A stretch of DNA of 64,000 bases from a virus (taxonomy: Duplodnaviria; Caudoviricetes), in the IMG/VR virus record IMGVR_UViG_3300037400_001617. One strand, given 5' to 3'. Below the pieces are notes generated by a model. That model saw nothing but the letters and a program-made list of their open reading frames with translations. It made no database searches and had not been told where the DNA came from. The number at the start of each line of letters is the position of its first letter. Positions within the stretch are counted from its first letter, which is position 1. Positions 29,321 to 38,501 of the stretch are shown here, in pieces. A program made the position numbers and the translations under genes.

Positions 29321-30370
29321 ATGACCAAAGAAGAACTCAAGGAATGGCTTCTTTATAATATGGAAGATGCTAAGCTTGCCTCTGGAGGTAAGCAAGTAGT
29401 ATGTAGATGTCACAACTGTGACGATCACAGCAGACATCTCTATATAGGCCCGTTCGATGATTCCGATAAACCTATTCAGTATCAGTGTAAGAGATGTCCT
29501 AGACCGTTCTATGGAGTGGTCAATAGGGACTTTCTTGAGAGATATAGGACTGCTACTGCAGTACCAGAGGACGTTAACGAGGTTAACAAAGGTACTAACA
29601 AACATCGAAAGAGTATCAATGGTACTTCTAATAGAATCTATAATGTGAATAGGAGTTTCATTACAGACGCTCCACTCACCCAACAGAAACTAGCGCACAT
29701 CAACCAAAGGTTAGGGTTATCTCTAACCTACCAAGACTGTATCGATAACAAGATTATCTTGAATCTAGGGGATCTCTATAGAGGAAACCCATGGATTAAG
29801 AGTTTCACTCGGCATGAGAACATCGTACAACAGCTTGATAAGTACTTCATAGGCTTCTTATCACGTTCAAATGCTTCTCTCAACATGAGAAACCTTGTGT
29901 ATGAGAAGGGTGCAGTGTATGAAGGTATCGATAAGAAGTACGTAAACTACATTCTCTTCAACGAAGGAGTTGAAAATGACTACTATATACTCCCGACAAA
30001 TGTCGATCCTCTTCAGCCTATAGGACTTCATATAGCAGAAGGTCCATTCGATGTATTGGGAATCAAGTATAATGTAGTAGGTCCTGATGTTCCTAACCAG
30101 ATTTACATCGCTGGTAAGGGTAAAGCGTATGATAAGATCGTAGAATTCATCATAACTAGGTATGGATTCATGAATCTTACTCTTAACTACTATCCAGATA
30201 AGGATGTAAAGGACTACGAGATGAATAGAGTGGTGAATATCTTCAAACCATTCGGGTTTAAGCAGCTCGTATTTCGCAACACTTACGAAGGAGAGAAAGA
30301 CTTTGGAGTACCGAAGAACAGAATCATATGTTCTAAGTACACCATAGGTCTAGGGAGAAACAGCTTCTAA
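29321..30370 (+). CDS. DNA primase (Zn finger + TOPRIM)
   Basis: CHNCDD..HLYIG..CKRC zinc domain; AEGPFD, YPDKD and EKDFG TOPRIM motifs. Confidence 0.85.
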   Translation: MTKEELKEWLLYNMEDAKLASGGKQVVCRCHNCDDHSRHLYIGPFDDSDKPIQYQCKRCPRPFYGVVNRDFLERYRTATAVPEDVNEVNKGTNKHRKSINGTSNRIYNVNRSFITDAPLTQQKLAHINQRLGLSLTYQDCIDNKIILNLGDLYRGNPWIKSFTRHENIVQQLDKYFIGFLSRSNASLNMRNLVYEKGAVYEGIDKKYVNYILFNEGVENDYYILPTNVDPLQPIGLHIAEGPFDVLGIKYNVVGPDVPNQIYIAGKGKAYDKIVEFIITRYGFMNLTLNYYPDKDVKDYEMNRVVNIFKPFGFKQLVFRNTYEGEKDFGVPKNRIICSKYTIGLGRNSF

Positions 30371-30422
30371 CGGCTGTTTCTTTTTTATACACATTACATC
30401 ACTATAAACGGAGGAGATTGCA

Positions 30423-30845
30423 ATGCCACTGTATAACAAGTATCGTCAAGTTACGGATTTAAGTGAGTTGAAAGAACCACTTATGACAATAAACCAGTTC
30501 CAGAGACCTATAGAGTTGGAAGGAACAGATGCACAAATCTTGCTTATCGTGAGATTAATCTTATTAGATCCTGGTACTATACAGACACACCCTGATATGG
30601 GTGTAGGATTAATCTCTTTGTATAGATATACTGTAGACGTAGACCTTGATAAACTCAGAAACAGGATACAGGCTCAGATATCTAAATACCTGCCAATGTT
30701 TACTACGGTACAGGTAAGAGTTGATCTCAATGTAAACGAACACACTCTTTACATATACGTCGATTCAGACCAGCTTAATGCGCTCGTACCGTTTGATACA
30801 GAGAACTTGACTATTATCCAAGGTCTCGACAATATGAAAGTATAA
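30423..30845 (+). CDS. Baseplate wedge / sheath initiator (gp25-like)
   Basis: LILLDPGT...HPDMGVGL and IQAQISKYLP match the GPW/gp25 pattern. Confidence 0.7.
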   Translation: MPLYNKYRQVTDLSELKEPLMTINQFQRPIELEGTDAQILLIVRLILLDPGTIQTHPDMGVGLISLYRYTVDVDLDKLRNRIQAQISKYLPMFTTVQVRVDLNVNEHTLYIYVDSDQLNALVPFDTENLTIIQGLDNMKV

Positions 30846-30865
30846 AAGTAAGGGAGGACACCACC

Positions 30866-32812
30866 ATGTCAGACGAGAACAAAAAGATTACTCTTGATGA
30901 TCTATCTAATGGTGCTAAACACACAGCAGCTATACCGCCACCGTTACCTAGATTAGACTCTAGAACAGTCAGAGATGTCAATATTGCAGAGGTAGCTCAA
31001 AAAGCTCCAGAACCAATGCAAGAAGATATGGTTCCTGGTGTTATCAAGAGCGCCATCAGTAAGATTCCAGCAACAATAGAGAGACTTAACAATGAGTCTC
31101 TTGCTATTGTACAAAAGGGACAAGAAGAAAGAATAGAGCAGATGCTCGACTCAGACGATGATGTCGAGATGCCTACCAATTCATCTACTCCTGCTGCTGT
31201 TCAGACATCAACAAACATTGTAAGACAATCGTTTGATGATGACGGAATAGATTTCGATGACGACGACACAGATGACAGTGATGATGATGTCGATTTTCCT
31301 GTCCCTGTGAAGACATACAATACCAAAGTAGAAAGGAAAGTAAACACTATGGAAAATAACAACACCCCTCAGACAGAACTCGATAAGAAGATTCATGCTA
31401 TTGCAGAAGCTGCAGTAGAAACACCTGAGAAGATTGAGTTTCCTGAGCCTACTGATACAGACAAGGAGAAGCTTGCTGAGAAGGTTCAGGAAGCATATGA
31501 GGCTGTAACAGGTGAAACAATCGGCGAAGAGACTAAGGAGGATGAGTCTACTACTGATGTGGAAGAGGAAGATGCTCCTGTTTTACCTCCGACAATTCCT
31601 TCATCCTCAGAAACAGACTTCGGTACTACTACATTCGCTATGTCAGATGACGATCTTGCTCTTCTTGATGATGAAGACATGATTGTTGAGAAGTCTGATA
31701 AGGCTAAAGAAGTCAGCGAAGCTGAAGAGAAGGAGAGACGTAACGCTCTCAGAGACTCTATCAGAATCTCTGTTAAGGAGAACTTCAAGCCTATCGATAA
31801 TAAGGTTGATCTTTCTAAGTTCGAGATTCAGAAGAAGCCTATATCTGCTTCTAAGGTGCTCAACCATATCAAGGAGACTCCTGTAAGAACGGCTACTACA
31901 CCTCTCTTCTCTACTTCTAAGAAGGTAATCGAAGTATCAGAGTTTACTGCTACAGAAATTCAGAAGCTCAACCCTGCTCTCATCAACCAGAATAACTTCT
32001 ATACAGCACTCAGAGATCGTTATCAGCTTCTCTATAACCACATCGTTGATCCTAACAAGCCTGCTACATTCGAAGCTTGGCTGAAGACAGTTCCTGAAGA
32101 TGCAATCGACGATTACTTCTTCGCTGCTTATAAAGCTACATTCGGTGCTGCAAACATTCTTACCTACGAGTGCCCTAAGGACGGATGCGACAACGTATTC
32201 CTTAAGGAAGTACCTGTTATGTCCATGATCAAGTATAAGAACGATGCTGTTAAGAAGGAGTATCTCGATCTTCTCCACAACGGCAAGCTCAACATCTCGA
32301 AAGATACTTACTCTGCTGGACTCTTCCAGGTCAGCGATGAGTACGTGTTCGCTCTCAAGACTCCTACACTCTACGAGAGAGTATTCGAGCCTACACTTCT
32401 CGACTCTCAGATTCTTGAGACTTATGGTCAGCTCATTACACTCATCACTTATATCGACGAAATCTATGTAATCGATCAGGCTAACAACAAGCTTATTCCT
32501 ATCGACATGCAGCCTGTTCATACAGATCCTCGTAAGACTGTAAGAAGACGTATCAAGACATGTGCTTCTATCATCAGAACACTTACATCTGATCAGCTTC
32601 AGACACTTACTGTCGAGACAGACAAGTATGATAAGCCCGATTCAAAGAGAAATCGTAACGACGATGACGACGAAGACACAACACCCGAGATCCAGTACAT
32701 TTATCCTGAGTGTGAGTGTCCTAAGTGCAGGATCAAGATCAAGGAAGCAGTAGCTGATCCTGTCGACATGCTTTTTACACGTCATCAGCTGGGAGTTTAT
32801 CAGCGGATATAA
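30866..32812 (+). CDS. Baseplate hub / tail assembly chaperone-like protein
   Basis: Acidic N-half; core with CPKDGC and CPKC pairs, and LK.PTL, as in gp26-like hub assembly proteins; adjacent to the gp25-like gene. Confidence 0.55.
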   Translation: MSDENKKITLDDLSNGAKHTAAIPPPLPRLDSRTVRDVNIAEVAQKAPEPMQEDMVPGVIKSAISKIPATIERLNNESLAIVQKGQEERIEQMLDSDDDVEMPTNSSTPAAVQTSTNIVRQSFDDDGIDFDDDDTDDSDDDVDFPVPVKTYNTKVERKVNTMENNNTPQTELDKKIHAIAEAAVETPEKIEFPEPTDTDKEKLAEKVQEAYEAVTGETIGEETKEDESTTDVEEEDAPVLPPTIPSSSETDFGTTTFAMSDDDLALLDDEDMIVEKSDKAKEVSEAEEKERRNALRDSIRISVKENFKPIDNKVDLSKFEIQKKPISASKVLNHIKETPVRTATTPLFSTSKKVIEVSEFTATEIQKLNPALINQNNFYTALRDRYQLLYNHIVDPNKPATFEAWLKTVPEDAIDDYFFAAYKATFGAANILTYECPKDGCDNVFLKEVPVMSMIKYKNDAVKKEYLDLLHNGKLNISKDTYSAGLFQVSDEYVFALKTPTLYERVFEPTLLDSQILETYGQLITLITYIDEIYVIDQANNKLIPIDMQPVHTDPRKTVRRRIKTCASIIRTLTSDQLQTLTVETDKYDKPDSKRNRNDDDDEDTTPEIQYIYPECECPKCRIKIKEAVADPVDMLFTRHQLGVYQRI

Positions 32813-33009
32813 GAAGAGCCGAACGGCTTACTAATAATGTATACAAGGGGAGGATATCGTTCATGGAACTCATGACGATGCCTCCTGCTTGGTTCAATGT
32901 TCTTTACATGATCGCTATTGAGAGACAAGAACAGCATGCTAAAGAATTGGCTGAGCAAGCCCAAGCTGATGCAATAGAAGAAGCAATTGAGGAAGGAGGA
33001 GCTATGTAA
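32758..33009 (+). CDS. -1 frame extension of the tail assembly chaperone, or an independent 48-aa ORF from 32863
   Basis: Stop-free -1 frame overlapping ATG CTT TTT AC (32768-32778); encodes ISFMELMTMPPAWFNVLY. Confidence 0.55.
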   Translation, partial: SCRHAFYTSSAGSLSADIRRAERLTNNVYKGRISFMELMTMPPAWFNVLYMIAIERQEQHAKELAEQAQADAIEEAIEEGGAM

Positions 33010-33010
33010 G

Positions 33011-33352
33011 ATGTGTATGATGGACATCTTAAGTCACTCTAAGAAAACTGCTTTAGATAACAAGGTTGATGTAGCGTACTATATCATCAACTATATCGAT
33101 CACGAGCTGATTACTTTCAATCTCATCAATCAGCTTGATAGAGAGTGTATAGATACCAAGATAGACACAGATGGTATCATCACTGTCACTTTCAAGACTA
33201 ACTCTACAGAAGACTATGAGTCCTTCAAGTCAGAGCTCTCTTCTCTGATCGAGAGTAATCCTACAGTAGAAGTATCAGGCAGTTTCTATAACCTAGCCTT
33301 GACAAATATCGAGAATGAAGTAGGAGTGACTATCTCCCCCTATACTACATGA
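33011..33352 (+). CDS. Hypothetical protein
   Basis: SD AGGAGG; start re-assigned. Confidence 0.65.
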   Translation: MCMMDILSHSKKTALDNKVDVAYYIINYIDHELITFNLINQLDRECIDTKIDTDGIITVTFKTNSTEDYESFKSELSSLIESNPTVEVSGSFYNLALTNIENEVGVTISPYTT

Positions 33353-33437
33353 TCGTTCATATAGAAGGTCCAGTGGAGTAAAATCCACTGGATTGCCTTT
33401 GTGAAACATCTATATAATTACGAAAGGAGGAATTTGA

Positions 33438-34649
33438 ATGAGCGGTAAGTTTATCAATAAATCCTATGTTAACACAATAGATGCCTTACAGCAAGGCCAA
33501 GTGAACAGGGTCAAGAATGCGAACTACCTCTTTAACGATAAAAAGCCAGTCATATCAGACTGGTATAATATGAACTCTACTGGCACTACATTCGATGAAG
33601 GTACTAGAGCAGAGTATGCTAGACTTAGTCATGCGTCTCCTATAAGATACAATAAGATTACTGGAGCTGTATTCTATGCTAGCGGAATCAAGCTTGCTAT
33701 GGATGTAGACTTCAATGAAGACGGTCTTGGACTTGCTTCTCAACCTGCTATATCTGGTACAGTACTTCCTAATACGTGGATCCCATATGCTGGAGACTAC
33801 TTCTCGATTCAACACGCTGGAAAGGAGTGGCTGTACAAGGTTACTGCTACATCGTTTGATACTATAGACAATGGTAACAACGTCTATAGCTTTGAGGCTA
33901 TGCTGGACAACTACGGTATAGATGAGATCGAGAGACAAGTAGTAGAGAGATACAAGTTTGTAGTAAACAATATTGGTACAAACTACTCTGTCGTTATCAA
34001 AGAAGAATCATACGATGCTATAGAGACTCTTGATAATCTTCTTTCCCAAATCAAGACGTACTTTGTAGCTCTGTTCTTCAAGGAAGCACTTCAGACCTTT
34101 GTGTATCCTGGAAAGTATGGAGAAGTCTATGATCCTTATATGATAGAGTTCCTTATGAGACATTCTATCCTTACTGGATCTGATCCATATATCTATGTCT
34201 CACAAGCTATACAAGTACCACAGACAATGATATTAGACTACGACAAGACTTTCTTCAAGGCTTTAGAGACTAAGTCTATAGATCGTTTCTGTAATCGTCC
34301 TGCCAATATCAATATCATTGAAGACATCTATAGTCTCTTCCATACTACACTTGTTAAATACTTCAAGGTCGACTATGCAGAGCCCATATTCCAAGGTGGT
34401 TATGCTATACTTGATCCAGTGATGATATCGGATGCTAAGGAAGGTATAGAGCGTCAGAATGATGATCCTAAAGCACTTAACAATATCATCACTCGTTACT
34501 TCCACGATAAACCTCTTGACTCATCGATTTGCGATATCTTTGACAATATAGATTATAAGCCTACGCCATATCTATTCTATGGTCTTCCGATGGCTCTGTT
34601 CTGTATTGAATCCCAGATACGTAATTTGATGAGCAGTTCAACATCTTAG
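33438..34649 (+). CDS. Putative neck/head-closure protein
   Basis: PYAGDYF...LYKVT resembles gp14-type head-closure proteins; AACAtctataTA at 33405-33416. Confidence 0.45.
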   Translation: MSGKFINKSYVNTIDALQQGQVNRVKNANYLFNDKKPVISDWYNMNSTGTTFDEGTRAEYARLSHASPIRYNKITGAVFYASGIKLAMDVDFNEDGLGLASQPAISGTVLPNTWIPYAGDYFSIQHAGKEWLYKVTATSFDTIDNGNNVYSFEAMLDNYGIDEIERQVVERYKFVVNNIGTNYSVVIKEESYDAIETLDNLLSQIKTYFVALFFKEALQTFVYPGKYGEVYDPYMIEFLMRHSILTGSDPYIYVSQAIQVPQTMILDYDKTFFKALETKSIDRFCNRPANINIIEDIYSLFHTTLVKYFKVDYAEPIFQGGYAILDPVMISDAKEGIERQNDDPKALNNIITRYFHDKPLDSSICDIFDNIDYKPTPYLFYGLPMALFCIESQIRNLMSSSTS

Positions 34650-34679
34650 TAACTAAATCCTACTTAAGGAGGGAAAATA

Positions 34680-35102
34680 ATGACTACTGACGTATTAACT
34701 GTAGATGACCTTCTGATTGAAGCGTGTGAAGAAGATGCTGAAATAGAAGAGGGTTACTTCACAGAGAATCTTAAGTTTATACTCGATAGAGATATAGACG
34801 AAGACATCAATAACGGCATGAACTCTATCTTTAATGGAGAGGGTCTTTCACTTGATGAAACTATCATCAATCTTGTTGATCGTCTTGAAACAGAAGTAAA
34901 CGATTCTGAATCTGGAGAAGCTAAACTTTACATAGCACCTGAAGATATACATGATCCAATCGAAGATGAGCTTCCTGGAAAGTTCAGTTCATCACTTTAC
35001 GATTGGGTAGACGAAGACGATCCTAACCAAGAGAGTGCTTGGTATGGAAATGATTCTGGTGACTACAATGTTGGATATGACTCTATATTCGGCGATAACT
35101 AA
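34680..35102 (+). CDS. Highly acidic late protein
   Basis: AACAtcttagTA at 34640-34651; D/E-rich. Confidence 0.7.
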   Translation: MTTDVLTVDDLLIEACEEDAEIEEGYFTENLKFILDRDIDEDINNGMNSIFNGEGLSLDETIINLVDRLETEVNDSESGEAKLYIAPEDIHDPIEDELPGKFSSSLYDWVDEDDPNQESAWYGNDSGDYNVGYDSIFGDN

Positions 35103-35116
35103 AGGAGGTACTAACA

Positions 35117-35491
35117 ATGGACGAATACATCAGAGATATCATAGACAGTAGACGTTCTCTTATTGTAGAACGTGCTGTGGATGAAGACCTTCAGGCTGAG
35201 AAAGAACTCAGTATTGAAGTCAATACTCTTGCTGGCAAGTTCGTAGACGGCTTTATAACCCAGGAAGAAATAGATAGCTGTCAGCTTACTGAAGAGGAGC
35301 TTAACAGCACACTCGACGACATCATAGATGATGCTGAAGCAAACGAACTCGCTTTATATGAACCTGAGACCTTCTCCGACGATGACGGAGAACTTTCAGA
35401 TATCAATGCTATACTTGACTCAGACATAGATCCTGAGCTTCTCGAGCTGGATGATGATGAGTCTATGTATTGCGAACCAAGCGTAGACTAA
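35117..35491 (+). CDS. Highly acidic late protein
   Basis: SD AAGGAGGT; D/E-rich. Confidence 0.7.
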   Translation: MDEYIRDIIDSRRSLIVERAVDEDLQAEKELSIEVNTLAGKFVDGFITQEEIDSCQLTEEELNSTLDDIIDDAEANELALYEPETFSDDDGELSDINAILDSDIDPELLELDDDESMYCEPSVD

Positions 35492-35506
35492 GGAGGTACA
35501 TGAAAC

Positions 35507-36028
35507 ATGAATATCATAAAAAAGAAGTGTATGCTCATTACACCTTGTAATGTCACATTCAGGACATCAAGCGGTAAAGAGATCAAGCCCAATACAAAGA
35601 GTATCGAATTCGTATTGACTAAGGAAATACTTGTAGCTATGAACAGCGGCATCAGAGTATTCGAGATCGGCTCAGACGGTAAGCAGGTTCAGCTTAATAA
35701 GAGCAACTTCGATAAGATCAATGTTCTTATGAACTATGATGAGACGGCAGAGGAGAAGGAAGCTCCTACAGAGGTGCCTGTTGGTCCTGTTAAGATTACA
35801 CCAGCATGGTTGAAGGGTGAAACAGATCATCCTGCAGAAGATAAGCCTAAGGAAGAGGAGACTGTAGATCCTGCAGAAGAGGAGTCACCTTCTGAGGAAG
35901 ATGAGGAAATCGACATGACCCCTCAGGAAGATCCTGAAGCTAAGTACTACGATACTGATTCCGATTCAAAGGACGACTGCGATGAGGAAAAAGAAAACGG
36001 CGAAGACGACGAATTCAACGTTGACTAA
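35507..36028 (+). CDS. Protein with a small N-terminal domain and acidic tail
   Basis: SD AAGGAGGT. Confidence 0.7.
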   Translation: MNIIKKKCMLITPCNVTFRTSSGKEIKPNTKSIEFVLTKEILVAMNSGIRVFEIGSDGKQVQLNKSNFDKINVLMNYDETAEEKEAPTEVPVGPVKITPAWLKGETDHPAEDKPKEEETVDPAEEESPSEEDEEIDMTPQEDPEAKYYDTDSDSKDDCDEEKENGEDDEFNVD

Positions 36029-36040
36029 TCTGCTCGACAA

Positions 36041-36074
36041 AAAAGAACACTGGGTTTGATCCCAGTGTTCTTTT
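36041..36074. terminator. Bidirectional intrinsic terminator
   Basis: Perfect 14-bp inverted repeat AAAAGAACACTGGG/CCCAGTGTTCTTTT. Confidence 0.8.
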
Positions 36075-36084
36075 CTTACTGTGC

Positions 36085-36153
36085 TTAGACTTGGACTTGT
36101 AGCACGTCTTCTGATGGAAATGCATATCCACCACAAGTTTCAAAATCGTCCAT
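36085..36153 (-). CDS. 22-aa acidic peptide MDDFETCGGYAFPSEDVLQVQV
   Basis: Perfect SD AAGGAGGT; own promoter (36248-36279) and terminator; anti-SD ACCTCCTT in the leader. Confidence 0.6.
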   Translation of the reverse strand: MDDFETCGGYAFPSEDVLQVQV

Positions 36154-36247
36154 TTTTAGCACACCTCCTTTCTTGTTAGCTATATGTCCCCTTTAAGGAG
36201 GTAGGGGATATATAAGACTACAGAATTCATTTTCTGTAGACATCTTA

Positions 36248-36279
36248 ATAATATATGCTTCTAAATGCGTACTTTAACG
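36248..36279 (-). promoter_or_regulatory. Bipartite early-type promoter CGTTAAAGT-N15-TATATTAT
   Basis: Third copy of the bipartite motif. Confidence 0.7.
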
Positions 36280-36309
36280 ACGGTGGGATTTCCCCACCGT
36301 CGATTTAAA

Positions 36310-38013
36310 TTAGAATACTGGGTCGATAGGCTTGAATGATGGATCAGGCTGTATAGTGAGGCTATATAGATTCATGATACATTCCTTCGTTACATTACGA
36401 GGACTTATACCATCCATACCTATAAGGTTGATCTTGCTATTTGCAGCTTTCTCCAGTTCAGCATTAGCTTCGATAGTATAGATACCCTTAACTATAGCGG
36501 TATCTCCATCGAAGTCCATACCCATTACATCTATATTACCATTAGAGATAGTAAGAGTTGGAGAGAAGAGAGCAGCGGTGTTTCTTCCGAGATCTTCAGA
36601 TCTGATCTTAGGCCACCACTTATACACTTTACCATCCATCATAACAGGCTCAGTTTCATTAGTAGACTTGATGTTTATCTTGGAAGGATACTGGTTAAGG
36701 TAACGGTCTATAGGGAATCGAGTAATCAGACACATCTTATCTGCAGTCATCTCACATGCAGCAAGATAGAAGAGATCACACCATGTCATAGGTCTTTCTA
36801 TAAGAGGATAGCCTGAATAATCCTTCTGGTCATCTATATGCTCAGATGTAACTTTTCTTCCTTTAAATACTATGAACGGAGTATCTGATGTAGTTTTAAG
36901 TTTCTTCTCTTTCACCATCTTAGCCCATTCAGCTTTATCTATGGGAACTGGTATAGGCTGGAAACGGTTAGAGTATCCATGAACAAATCTCTCTATCTGT
37001 TTCACTATCTCCGTATCAGAGAACATGATCTGATAGTCTTCTATAGGAACAGATATCTCACCACTCGGACCAGTCATGGAATACATAGTCTTACCACCGA
37101 ATTCGTTCTCAAAGAAACGTCTACAGTAGTAGATGATGAATGGCTGGAAGAGTACTATAGCAGCCTCAAGAGGGCATGCTGCATGGTCCATATCAACCAT
37201 GAGGTCTTCTATGTTTTCAACCTTCAGATTGGCAGCAGACATAACAAGACGTACACTATAGTCTACAGTCTTGTACATGACACCCTTCTTTATAATGCCA
37301 GTCTTTCCAGGTAAGTTACCACCAGTTTCTTCACCATTGATTACTGTACCTGCACCGAACCAATCATAGATCTGTTTCAGTGTAACTTGTATTCTACCCT
37401 TAGTAGCATCTGCAAGACTTAGTCCATACTCAGCAGTTTCTCTGAGTGCTTTGGTCGCAATGATAAGAGAGCTGTAGAGCTTATTGATTTCTCCGACGCC
37501 TATACTAGCCTGCTTAGTATCAACGTCTCTATAGTATGGCGGTATAACGGGGCATTTCTTAACCCACATCTGGCTCTTGACTTTGTCAAGAAACTTAATC
37601 TTTGTAGCTCTGTCTTTAGAACTGGATTCTTTGGCAGACCAGTCTATCTTATCGTAGTTTGCTTTGAACCAATTCAGACCAGTATTACCTTCAGGGTCTT
37701 TAACCAATTGTCCTTTAGCATCAATAGAGAAGTTCTCGGTTCCGTGTACTATAGCCTCTACCTTCTTATCTAGAGTACAGAGTATCTTATAGACCAGAGG
37801 ATTGAGGAACCATTCGCCAAGATCTATATATGCATAGATACCAGCTCTTTCAGCTTTAGTAATACCGAAGATCTCATTAGACAGAAGTCCATCTGGTGCT
37901 GGAGTCGGACCGTTAAAGAATACAGGGTTAGTGATCTCTTTACAGTCATTGGCTCTGACAAAGCGTTCTACGTCTAATATACTTATATCGAAATGATTAG
38001 TAGATGAACTCAT
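36310..38013 (-). CDS. rpoC: RNA polymerase beta'-like subunit, N/middle part with catalytic site
   Basis: DGLLSNEIFG, PVIPPYYRD, GKTG, K.VDYSVRLV, TRFP and MDFDGD; AACCattctaTA at 38040-38051. Confidence 0.9.
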   Translation of the reverse strand: MSSSTNHFDISILDVERFVRANDCKEITNPVFFNGPTPAPDGLLSNEIFGITKAERAGIYAYIDLGEWFLNPLVYKILCTLDKKVEAIVHGTENFSIDAKGQLVKDPEGNTGLNWFKANYDKIDWSAKESSSKDRATKIKFLDKVKSQMWVKKCPVIPPYYRDVDTKQASIGVGEINKLYSSLIIATKALRETAEYGLSLADATKGRIQVTLKQIYDWFGAGTVINGEETGGNLPGKTGIIKKGVMYKTVDYSVRLVMSAANLKVENIEDLMVDMDHAACPLEAAIVLFQPFIIYYCRRFFENEFGGKTMYSMTGPSGEISVPIEDYQIMFSDTEIVKQIERFVHGYSNRFQPIPVPIDKAEWAKMVKEKKLKTTSDTPFIVFKGRKVTSEHIDDQKDYSGYPLIERPMTWCDLFYLAACEMTADKMCLITRFPIDRYLNQYPSKINIKSTNETEPVMMDGKVYKWWPKIRSEDLGRNTAALFSPTLTISNGNIDVMGMDFDGDTAIVKGIYTIEANAELEKAANSKINLIGMDGISPRNVTKECIMNLYSLTIQPDPSFKPIDPVF

Positions 38014-38165
38014 TGTAGTACCTCCTTAAGTAAGTTGATTATAGAATGGTTCATGCTTTAGAATCAGGTTCAAATGCAAGTACGACTATATATTATAAAG
38101 GTGTACAAGAGAGTTAGTGATTCAATGCTCTTGAGTACTAAATACATTATTAAGGAGGATCTATT

Positions 38166-38402
38166 ATGATCAATGGTTACAACACGCAACTCCCGTCAAG
38201 AGAGGCTAAGATGACAGGACAGCCTGTCAGTCTCGAAAGCGTGATGAATGAATTCACATTCATCACTACATCAATCAACGCTGGCTATTTGTCAGCAAAA
38301 GACCCTGCAGTTCAGAAGAGGATAAGAGAACTGCAGCATGATATCACTCATCTGCAGAACGCATATCATCAGGCAGCAAATATGGGCCTGATACAGCGCT
38401 AA
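38166..38402 (+). CDS. Small early hypothetical protein
   Basis: TATATTAT at 38089-38096; 5' hairpin; SD AAGGAGG. Confidence 0.7.
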   Translation: MINGYNTQLPSREAKMTGQPVSLESVMNEFTFITTSINAGYLSAKDPAVQKRIRELQHDITHLQNAYHQAANMGLIQR

Positions 38403-38501
38403 GTAGTAGCGCAACCTCCTTGATCGGTCCACTGCCCCGTGGACCGATTATTTTTTGTCGTAGAACATCACTATAATTACACACCCTTGAAAGGAGGACT
38501 C

